From positions 2,880,001 to 2,944,000 of the forward strand of contig CBDBCY010000004.1 of NCBI GenBank assembly GCA_965203555.1: 64,000 bases of DNA, in the 5' to 3' direction. The notes under the pieces were generated by a model. It was not told the DNA's origin and did no database searches. It worked only from the letters and a program-made list of their open reading frames with translations. Of the stretch, positions 8,437-16,384 are shown piece by piece (the stretch's first letter is position 1; every line of letters begins with the position of its first letter). The position numbers and the translations under genes were made by a program. This DNA comes from Acidimicrobiia bacterium (GTDB lineage Bacteria; Actinomycetota; Acidimicrobiia; Spongiisociales; ZC4RG35).

Positions 8437-10479
8437 TTGACAAAGTCACTTGTCCTTGCGTTTTGCCTTGCAACGATATCCATGCCTTTTCATGGTTCTT
8501 TCGGCCAGGCGGTTGAAATCACTTCCCAGACGGTGCAAAGTGATGAACGGCAACTCTCAGATCGAGGCAATGGGGTGTGGGAAGCCGTCATGACAGTGGG
8601 AAACGACGGAGGTTTTCTCGGGTACGTCGAGCTTCTGGCGGGTTTCCTGACCGACAGCGAATTTTCATGGCAGGGGGAGTCCTACACAGTGACGGGCATG
8701 GTTCTGGTTGAACGGGGAGGGGGCTCCACCGGCGGAGTGGACTCAGGATCCTACAATATCAGCCTCTACTTCTCGCCCGGTCTCCCGGACGGATTCGGCA
8801 GCCTGCGCCTTCAGATAGGCGATGTGGGACTCAATCTTGCGGACGGGAGAGTGGATTCGCGTCACTATTCGTGGGTTGGCGTGGACCTGGAATGGCGGCT
8901 CGGCCAGACGGTTCCCTTGAGCCTCAGGGAATACCCACCGCTCTTTGAGCCTCGTGCAATCGATGGACGAGGAAACCATCTGAATAACGTCACATGGGGC
9001 ATGGCACGCACGGGTCTTCTGAGGAAGGGTCCGAACTCCTATTCGGACGGCGTATCAACACCTCCTACCTCGCGGCCGAATCCCCGCACCGTTAGCAACA
9101 TGGTGTTTTCCCAAGAACGGCCCGTGTTCAATTCCCTGCAGGCCAGTGACATGGTCTGGCAGTGGGGACAATTCGTGGACCACGACATCAGCCTGAGTCC
9201 AACCAACATGCAAGAACCTTTCCCAATTGCAGTTCCGCAATGGGATCGAGTCTTCGATCCCGACGGAACCGGCAAGGCCTCCATCCCCCTTGATCGTTCT
9301 GTATTCGATCCTGCAACCGGGACCGGTTCGCACAATCCCAGGCGACAGCTCAACGTGGTAACCGCCTTTCTGGACGGCTCGCAAGTGTACGGCTCGGATT
9401 GGCATCGGGCACACTCGCTCCGTGCCAATGACGGCACCGGAAAACTCAAGACATCACACCAGGGACAATTCCTGCCCTATAACGAAGACAAACTGGAGAA
9501 TGAAGGGGGCAGAAATCGGGAGGGCCTGTACGTCGCGGGTGATTTGCGAGTCAATGAGCAGGTAGGGCTTATCGCTATGCATACCCTGTTCGTGCGAGAG
9601 CACAACCGCCTTGCTGATCTTATCGCCGAACAGCATCCGGATCTAAGCGGAGAAGAGATATATCAGGCGGCTCGCAAAATGGTTGGCGCCTATATCCAAG
9701 CCATCACCTTCAACGAGTTTCTGCCTCTGCTGTTAGGTCCCGATGCTATAGGCCCGTACGCGGGATACGACCCGGACGTTGATCCGACTATTGCCAGCGA
9801 ATTCTCAGCAGCGGCATATCGAGTCGGACACACGTTGCTTTCTCCCGACCTTTCGATCCGGAGCCGTAGCGGAGAGACAGAAAAGATAAACCTTGCCGAA
9901 GCGTTCTTCAATCCTTCCCTTGTCAGAGATCGCGGTATCTCCGTGTTCCTACGAGGGCTAGCCGCTCAAAGGGCTCAGGAAGTGGATGCGAAGATGGTAG
10001 ACGAAGTCCGAAACCTGCTCCTGAGAGGACCGGAAGGTCCAACTTTCGATCTGGTGGCCCTCAACATCCAAAGAGGTCGTGATCACGGACTGGCTGATTT
10101 CAATACTGTGCGGGGCGCTTACGGCTTGGCGCCGCTCACCTCCTTTGCCGACCTGTCGTCCCAACTCCGTGTTCAGCACGCTCTCAGGCTGGCATACGGC
10201 GCCATTCACGAATTGGACCTCTGGCCGGGCGCATTGGCAGAAGATCCCTTACCCGGAGCGGCCGTCGGAGAGACCCTCCACACCATAATCCTGGACCAGT
10301 TCCGCCGGCTCCGTGACGGAGATCGGTTCTGGTTCGAGCATGACCCCTACTTCGTGACCAACCCCAAACTCCTGAAGGAAATTCGCACAACCACTCTGGC
10401 CGACATCATCCGTCGCAATACGCCCATCGCAGAAGAAATCTCTGACAACGTGTTCAAGGCCGTCTCGAACGTCGGCTAG
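8437..10479 (+). CDS. Secreted animal-type heme peroxidase (peroxidase-cyclooxygenase superfamily) with extra N-terminal beta-rich domain
   Basis: WGQFVDHD, TAFLDGSQVYG, AGD.RVNEQ, HTLFVREHNR, AYRVGHT, ALNIQRGRDHG, RLRDGDRFW motifs; N-terminal signal peptide; TTG start uncertain. Confidence 0.93.
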   Translation: MTKSLVLAFCLATISMPFHGSFGQAVEITSQTVQSDERQLSDRGNGVWEAVMTVGNDGGFLGYVELLAGFLTDSEFSWQGESYTVTGMVLVERGGGSTGGVDSGSYNISLYFSPGLPDGFGSLRLQIGDVGLNLADGRVDSRHYSWVGVDLEWRLGQTVPLSLREYPPLFEPRAIDGRGNHLNNVTWGMARTGLLRKGPNSYSDGVSTPPTSRPNPRTVSNMVFSQERPVFNSLQASDMVWQWGQFVDHDISLSPTNMQEPFPIAVPQWDRVFDPDGTGKASIPLDRSVFDPATGTGSHNPRRQLNVVTAFLDGSQVYGSDWHRAHSLRANDGTGKLKTSHQGQFLPYNEDKLENEGGRNREGLYVAGDLRVNEQVGLIAMHTLFVREHNRLADLIAEQHPDLSGEEIYQAARKMVGAYIQAITFNEFLPLLLGPDAIGPYAGYDPDVDPTIASEFSAAAYRVGHTLLSPDLSIRSRSGETEKINLAEAFFNPSLVRDRGISVFLRGLAAQRAQEVDAKMVDEVRNLLLRGPEGPTFDLVALNIQRGRDHGLADFNTVRGAYGLAPLTSFADLSSQLRVQHALRLAYGAIHELDLWPGALAEDPLPGAAVGETLHTIILDQFRRLRDGDRFWFEHDPYFVTNPKLLKEIRTTTLADIIRRNTPIAEEISDNVFKAVSNVG

Positions 10480-10627
10480 GACAGGCTAGGAGGCTGCTGA
10501 GTATTTCTGATCGTTCGTTGGGTGGCTGTGTGAGGTGGATTCGCTTTGCTTTTGTGTTTTCAGGGTTGGAGTTGATGAAAGATCAAGGTTTTAGGGGCGA
10601 ATAGTCAGGGGTTTTTCGCGAGTTGGC

Positions 10628-12031
10628 TCACAGCAGCACGGCGGCCACCATCAAAAAACCCCCGAATCCCACCACGTCGGTGATCAGGGTCAGGAAGATG
10701 CTGGAGGCGAGGGCCGGGTCGAATCCCAGCCTGCGAAGCGCCACGGGAATGCCGGTTCCGGCCAGGGTGGCGATGGCCAGGTTGGCCAGAGCCGCCACGC
10801 CCACCACGGGCGCCACCTTCGAGGCGCCGAAATTGGATGAAAACACGTCCAGTGACAAAAGCGCCACGGTGAGGACCATGGCGGCCACCGCCAGGAAGGC
10901 GCCGTTCAGCAGTCCGATCCCCAGTTGGCGTCTGAGCACCGCCCAAATCCGGGCCCGGGGAAGGTCGCCGATCGCCATGGAGCGGATCACCACCGCCAGG
11001 CTCTGCACGCCTCCGTTGCCGCCCAGAAGCGCCACGACCGGCATCAGCGCCGCCAGCACCGGCTCAGCCGAGATGACCCCGGTCTGCCGCTCGATCACGA
11101 ACGCCACGAGCAGGGCCAACAGCAAATTGAGGCTGAGCCAGGGAAGGCGCATCCGCACCGAGGCGAGCACGCCGGTGTGGATGGTCTCCTCAGCGCCGGC
11201 GCCCACCGAGGCGGCAAAGTCCTCCGACGCCTCCGCCTGCACGGCGTCGATCACCTCGTCATAGGTCACCATCCCCTGCAGATGCCCCAGATCGTCCACC
11301 ACCGGCAGCCCCACCAGCCGGTAGCGCTGCATCAGTTCCGAGACCTCTTCGCGGTCGGCGGTGAGATGAACGGCCACCGGACTGGCTTCCATAGCCTCGT
11401 CCATTCCCACCGAGGGTCGCACGAACACCAGGTCCCGGAAGGAGACCACCCCGCGCAGTACCCCGAAGTCATCGGTGATGTAGACGTAGGTGAGGTCCTC
11501 CACCGTTTCCCGGATGGTGCGTATCCGTTCGATGGCCTCTCCGGCGGTCAGCCCCACCGGCAGGACCGCCACGTCAGTGGTCATGAGACCGCCGGCAGTG
11601 TCCGGCGGGTAGCGGAACAACTTGCTGACTTCGGTGCCGGACGGGTCTCCCATCAGGTCGATCAGGGCGGACACCGTCTCGGTCGGCATCTTCTCCAAGA
11701 TGTCCACCGCTTCCTCTGACGGCATCTCCTCCAGAACCGAGGCGGCTTCCAGCGACGGCAGTTCTTCCAGCAGGGTGGCGGCCAGTTCGTCGCGAAGTTC
11801 TTCCAGCACCGAGGCGCTGTGCTGGCGGTCGAGCAGGCTTAGAAGCTCCCCGGCTGTCTCCGCAGAGACCGATTCCAAGATGTCCGCCACGTCATGGGGA
11901 GATGCCTGGGCCAGGGCTATCCACATCTCAGTGTTGGCGCCCAGGTACTCCTCGACTTCGGTGGGGCGAAGGCGGGCGGCGCGCCGCAGGCGCTGGGCCA
12001 GTTCTCGGGGACGACGCGGTCTAAGTCTCAT
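10628..12031 (-). CDS. mgtE: Magnesium transporter MgtE
   Basis: Acidic N-domain, YPPDTAGGLMT, CBS pair, RLPWL, GGNGG.Q, DPALAS, TDVVG. Confidence 0.95.
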   Translation of the reverse strand: MRLRPRRPRELAQRLRRAARLRPTEVEEYLGANTEMWIALAQASPHDVADILESVSAETAGELLSLLDRQHSASVLEELRDELAATLLEELPSLEAASVLEEMPSEEAVDILEKMPTETVSALIDLMGDPSGTEVSKLFRYPPDTAGGLMTTDVAVLPVGLTAGEAIERIRTIRETVEDLTYVYITDDFGVLRGVVSFRDLVFVRPSVGMDEAMEASPVAVHLTADREEVSELMQRYRLVGLPVVDDLGHLQGMVTYDEVIDAVQAEASEDFAASVGAGAEETIHTGVLASVRMRLPWLSLNLLLALLVAFVIERQTGVISAEPVLAALMPVVALLGGNGGVQSLAVVIRSMAIGDLPRARIWAVLRRQLGIGLLNGAFLAVAAMVLTVALLSLDVFSSNFGASKVAPVVGVAALANLAIATLAGTGIPVALRRLGFDPALASSIFLTLITDVVGFGGFLMVAAVLL

Positions 12032-12134
12032 TGCTCTGCAAGATTACGGATTCACAAGCCAAAACCGCAGTTGTCAGGTCTGCGCCTGCTCTGATCGTCC
12101 GGGGCGCCGGCGCCCCGCTGCGGGGGATCCGCAG

Positions 12135-12614
12135 CTACCCGGAAAAGGGGCGGATTGAGGTCACCTTCACCTGGAACCGTCCTCCGGGGGCCTCATAGGT
12201 GACCAGATCGCCGGGAGATCTGGATAGCACCGCGTTGCCGAGAGGACTGCCGGGCGAGACCACCAAACGCGCCGAACCGCGGTTCTCGGCCGGGGCCAGC
12301 AGGAATTCCATCTCGTCGCCGTCACTGTCGACCACGGTCACCATCGACCCGACCTCCACCCGGCCGGTGTCATTTACCTCTCGGACTTTGGCGTCTCGGA
12401 GAACCTGCTCGAGGTGAGCGATCCTGGCCTCCATCATGCCCTGCTCGTCCTTGGCGGCGTGATAGTCGGCATTCTCACGGATGTCTCCGTGGGCGCGGGC
12501 CTCGGCGATCCGATCGGATATCTCGATCCGCTTGGGTCCCTTCAAGTCGGCCAGTTCGGCGGTGAGGCGCTGATGGGCGTCGGGAGTGAGAAAAACGCTG
12601 GCTGTTTCGGTCAT
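12135..12614 (-). CDS. greA: Transcription elongation factor GreA
   Basis: EARAHGDIRENADYHAAK and SP.SPLG motifs. Confidence 0.95.
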   Translation of the reverse strand: MTETASVFLTPDAHQRLTAELADLKGPKRIEISDRIAEARAHGDIRENADYHAAKDEQGMMEARIAHLEQVLRDAKVREVNDTGRVEVGSMVTVVDSDGDEMEFLLAPAENRGSARLVVSPGSPLGNAVLSRSPGDLVTYEAPGGRFQVKVTSIRPFSG

Positions 12615-12734
12615 CACCCCCAAGGATATCGCTTTGATGACCGGTTCCGTCCGCCGATACCGGTCCGGCGGGAAGGGAGTTCGACAAGGTGGCGGATGAA
12701 GGATTGTTCAAGCGGGATTGGTAGCTTTGTTGTG

Positions 12735-13767
12735 ATGGAAATCAAGCTGACCAGCTTCAGTCACGGCGCCGGTTGAGGCTGCAAACTCGGCTCGGCCGAG
12801 TTGGCGCAGGTGCTGCGCCCCCTGCAGGATCATCCCGCCTTCTCCTCTCCCAGGCTGCTGGTGGGGGTGGAGACCCTGGACGACGCGGGCGTATATCGCC
12901 TGTCGGACGAACGCGCCCTGATTCACACGGTCGACTTCTTCACTCCGGTGGTGGACGATCCCCGCGCCTGGGGGCGGATCGCCGCCGCCAATGCGTTGTC
13001 GGATGTCTACGCCATGGGCGGGACGCCGCTCACCGCCCTGCAATTGATGTGCTGGCCGTCGGGGGACCTCTCCCTGCAGATACTCGGAGAGGTGGCCTCG
13101 GGGGGAGCGGAAAAGATGGCCGAGGCGGGATGCACGGTGGTGGGAGGGCACACCATTGACGATCGGGAGCCCAAGTACGGGTTCGCGGTCACCGGAATCG
13201 CCCCGCCGGGGGAAATCATCACCAATTCCCAGGCCTGTCCGGGCGATCGCCTGGTGCTGACCAAGCCGCTGGGCACCGGTATTGTCACCACCGCTCACAA
13301 GGCCGACCAATGCCCTCCGGAGGTGCTGTCTCGGGCGGTGGAGGAGATGAGCGCCCTCAATGCCGGCGCCTGCCGCGCGATGGTCTCGGTAGGCGTTTCG
13401 GCCGCCACCGATGTCACCGGGTACGGTCTGGCCGGGCACCTTCTCTCCATGCTCCGCGCTTCGGGTGTGGGGGCCCGGGTTGAGACCGGCAGGCTTCCGC
13501 TTCTTCCCGGCGCAATCGAGTTGCTTGCCGCCGGACACTACCCGGGAGGCAGTATTCGCAACATGGGGGCGGCGGGGCCCGGGCTGCGGGGAGGTGACGA
13601 GACCTACCGGCGTCTGGCGTGCGACGCTCAGACCAGCGGCGGCCTGCTCATCTCGGTTCCCCTCATCGGGGGTCGAGCCGCTCTTGGCCCGGCTGGGCGA
13701 GGAAGGGGTGAGTCCGGCCGTGATCGGAGAGGTGGTCGAGGGCGAACCCCGGATCGAGCTCGAGTAA
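12735..13767 (+). CDS. selD: Selenide,water dikinase SelD, selenocysteine-containing (UGA at 12774-12776), with an apparent +1 frameshift near 13660
   Basis: MEIKLTSFSHGAG-UGA-GCKLG continues in frame into DDAGVY, TVDFFTP, ANALSDVYAMGG, GGHT, TDVTGYGL.GH, DAQTSGGLL; canonical C-terminus (VIGEVVEG) lies in another frame ending at 13767. Confidence 0.93.
12779..12809 (+). promoter_or_regulatory. Candidate bacterial SECIS hairpin just 3' of the selD UGA
   Basis: Perfect 8-bp stem aactcggc/gccgagtt (12784-12802) with lower ctgc/gcag pairing, immediately after the in-frame TGA. Confidence 0.65.
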
Positions 13768-13776
13768 ATCGTCGGG

Positions 13777-14970
13777 TTAGTGCAGGACCGCCTGCAGGCC
13801 GGGCCTGAATTTCTCCGGTTCGAGCAAAAAGGCGTCGTGTCCCTTGTCGGAGTGGACGGTATGCCACAGCACCGGCACCCCCACTGCGTTGAGTTGCCTG
13901 ACCATATATTCCTGCTCGTCGGGATAGAAACATACGTCCGAGTCGATGGTGAACACCATCCACTGCTGGTTGCGGCAGCGGCTCAACACCTCCGCGATGT
14001 TCTGCCCGCCGACTTCTCGGAGCAGATCGAACTTCTGCCAGACCCGGACCACCCGCAGATAGGTGTTGGCGTCGAATCGTTCTATGAACTTTTGTCCCTG
14101 GTGCAGCATGTAGGACTCCATGGGATGCTGTACCCGGAATCCGGCCAGGTATTCGCGGTGAATGATCTCTTTGCGGATGCGCTCCCGAAAGGCGGACAGG
14201 GAGACAAAGGTCTTGTGGCCGATCATCCGGGCCAGCGCCAGTCCCAGGTCGGGCGCAGGGCCGTCGTAGAAGTCGCCGCCCCGGAAATGGGGGTCGGCGA
14301 TGATGGCGAACATCTGCTCGAAATTGTGGATCACCTGCAGGGTGGTCACCCCCAGACCCGCGGCGATGGGAATTACCACCTTCACCCGGTCCGGATAGCG
14401 TGTTCCCATCACCAACGCCATCAGGCCGCCCACCGAGCCTCCGGTGCAGGCGTGGATCCGCTCGATGCCGAGCTTGTCCAACAGTTGCACCTGGGAGTCG
14501 ACGATGTCGGTGATGGTGAGGTTGGGGAAAGCCGATCCGTACGGCCGGCCGGTGGCGGGGTTGATCGAAGACGGGCCGGTGGAACCGTAGCACCCGCCCA
14601 GATAGTTGACGCACATGACGGCATACCGGTCGGTGTCGAGAGCCAGTCCGGGTCCGATGAATCCCTCCCACCAGCCCACCTGCATCTCTTCGGTCCACTT
14701 CCCGCCCACCCCCGGCACCGACTCGGTGAATCCATGGGCATGCTGGCTTCCGGTGAGAGCGTGGAACACCAGGATGACATTGTCCCGGGTTTCGTTGAGT
14801 TCTCCGTACATCTCGTAGGCGAGGGTCACTTGGGGGATCTTCTTGCCGCTCAGAGTGGTGAAGGGACCGTCCAGTTGCACGAACCGGGTCTCGGTGCGGG
14901 GCAGGTTCGCATGTGCGTCTTCGGCGGGTGGGCGGGGGGCGCTGATTGTCACCGACTCTCCTTTACTCAT
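13777..14970 (-). CDS. metX: Homoserine O-acetyltransferase
   Basis: HALTG, GWW..FIGPG..LDT, GGCYGSTGP, GGSVGG, RFDANTY, GHDAFL motifs. Confidence 0.93.
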   Translation of the reverse strand: MSKGESVTISAPRPPAEDAHANLPRTETRFVQLDGPFTTLSGKKIPQVTLAYEMYGELNETRDNVILVFHALTGSQHAHGFTESVPGVGGKWTEEMQVGWWEGFIGPGLALDTDRYAVMCVNYLGGCYGSTGPSSINPATGRPYGSAFPNLTITDIVDSQVQLLDKLGIERIHACTGGSVGGLMALVMGTRYPDRVKVVIPIAAGLGVTTLQVIHNFEQMFAIIADPHFRGGDFYDGPAPDLGLALARMIGHKTFVSLSAFRERIRKEIIHREYLAGFRVQHPMESYMLHQGQKFIERFDANTYLRVVRVWQKFDLLREVGGQNIAEVLSRCRNQQWMVFTIDSDVCFYPDEQEYMVRQLNAVGVPVLWHTVHSDKGHDAFLLEPEKFRPGLQAVLH

Positions 14971-15053
14971 CGGTCAGGCGTTGGCACCGTGCCGGGGATC
15001 CGACCGGTTGCCGCGGTTTCGCGGGGCCTGATCCCTCCACCGCTCTGGATGAG
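14966..15053 (-). ncRNA. SAM-I-type riboswitch lacking P4
   Basis: CTCATCCAGAG-CGGTGGAGGGATCAGGCCC-CGCGAAACCG-CGGCAACC...GGTGCCAACGCCTG-ACC-GATGAG matches the SAM-I core; directly upstream of metX. Confidence 0.88.
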
Positions 15054-15076
15054 CGTCTGGTGACGCTACCGGACCC

Positions 15077-15105
15077 ATTTTGGCAGAAGTCTTCGTGAAA
15101 TTCAA
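15077..15105 (-). promoter_or_regulatory. Putative sigma70-type promoter for the riboswitch-metX transcript
   Basis: TTGAAT-17 nt-CAAAAT just upstream of the riboswitch. Confidence 0.5.
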
Positions 15106-15209
15106 CCCCAAGACTGGAAACCGAACCGGTCTGACAGCCTTACCCCGCAACTCGCGCAGGGAGTGGGCGCTTTCTCCCGCCCCGTGGACCAGGACCGCCC
15201 GGACCGGCC

Positions 15210-16334
15210 TTAGAACATTTGCGGCTGGTTGCTGACCCAGACGGTGTTTCCTTCGGGATCCTTCACGCCCGTCATATCGATCGGCAGGCCGCTTCGGCGA
15301 GCAGGCATGTTTATGACGGAAAGACCCTGGGCGGCCAGATAGGTCCTCCACCCACTCATGTCGTCGGCCCACAGCACGATGTCGGCGCCTCCGGTCGCGG
15401 GCGAGTCGGGATGGCTCTTGCGAAGGATCAGATAGGAGCCGCCGATCGCCATCCACACCTGTCCGCGGGTGGCCATGTGAGGAGCGGCGACTTCCTGCAG
15501 ACCCAGAGCCTTGCTGTAGAAGCGGGACATCCTCTCCAAGTCGTTGGCCCAAAGAATCATGTTCATTCCTCCCCGCGGACTGAGAGAGGGTATCTCCTGG
15601 CCGGCCATGACGGTTTGCTTGGCGTCGGCCAGGCTGAACCGGCCGACCGTGACCTCCCGGCCGACGATCACCCCGGCAAGCTTGCGGCCTTCCACCGCCA
15701 GCCGGCTCAGGGTCCGCAGGTCCTCCAGTGTCCCCACGCCGCCCGCCACGATCACCGGCTCGGGCACCAATTCCAGCGCCTCGGCGTAGATGTCCAGATC
15801 GAGCGGCTCGGTCAGCGGATTGCGCCCCGCTTCGGCCACCAGGAAAGCAGCCACTCCCGCCGAGGACATCTCCAGCATCACCTCCTCCAGGTACCGGCCG
15901 CTTCGTTCCGTGAAGCCCTGGGTGACGATCTCCTGGTCGGGCCGCACATCGATGGAGACCACGATCTTGTTCGGGTAATCCCGGCACAGATCCCAGATCA
16001 TGATCTGGTCTTCGATGGCGGCGGTCCCCATCACCACTCTCCAAGCGCCGTTTCTGAGCAGCCGTATCGCCTCGAGGTGGGAGCGTACCCCACCCGCCAC
16101 CTGCACGGGCGTATCGAGTTCGGCGATGATCTCATCGATCAGCGGGCGGTTCTGATAGTCGCCCAAAGCAGCGGCGTTGAGGTCGACCACATGAAGAAAA
16201 TCGGCGCCCTGCCGGGCCCAACTGCGGGCCCGGTTGAGGGGGTCGTTGTCCAAGATGATGGCTTCGGTGACATCCAGCGCCGGAAGACGGACCGATCTTC
16301 CTCCCAGAATGTTGATCCGACCGTAGACGTCCAT
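15210..16334 (-). CDS. HisA/HisF-like TIM-barrel protein fused to a C-terminal VOC/glyoxalase domain
   Basis: LHVVDLN, QVAGGVR, VVMGTAA, VSIDV, VIVAGGV motifs followed by DLERMSRFYSKALGL...VKDPEGN. Confidence 0.85.
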   Translation of the reverse strand: MDVYGRINILGGRSVRLPALDVTEAIILDNDPLNRARSWARQGADFLHVVDLNAAALGDYQNRPLIDEIIAELDTPVQVAGGVRSHLEAIRLLRNGAWRVVMGTAAIEDQIMIWDLCRDYPNKIVVSIDVRPDQEIVTQGFTERSGRYLEEVMLEMSSAGVAAFLVAEAGRNPLTEPLDLDIYAEALELVPEPVIVAGGVGTLEDLRTLSRLAVEGRKLAGVIVGREVTVGRFSLADAKQTVMAGQEIPSLSPRGGMNMILWANDLERMSRFYSKALGLQEVAAPHMATRGQVWMAIGGSYLILRKSHPDSPATGGADIVLWADDMSGWRTYLAAQGLSVINMPARRSGLPIDMTGVKDPEGNTVWVSNQPQMF

Positions 16335-16384
16335 CCGGTAAGGATACCTCCGCGTCAGCACCTCTGAGATCGGGCGCCAGGCTG

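Noticed and set aside
10490-10625. GT-rich stretch after the peroxidase as a defined IS end or ncRNA
   Set aside because: Suggestive of an IS remnant, but no partner IR, DR or transposase fragment is identifiable
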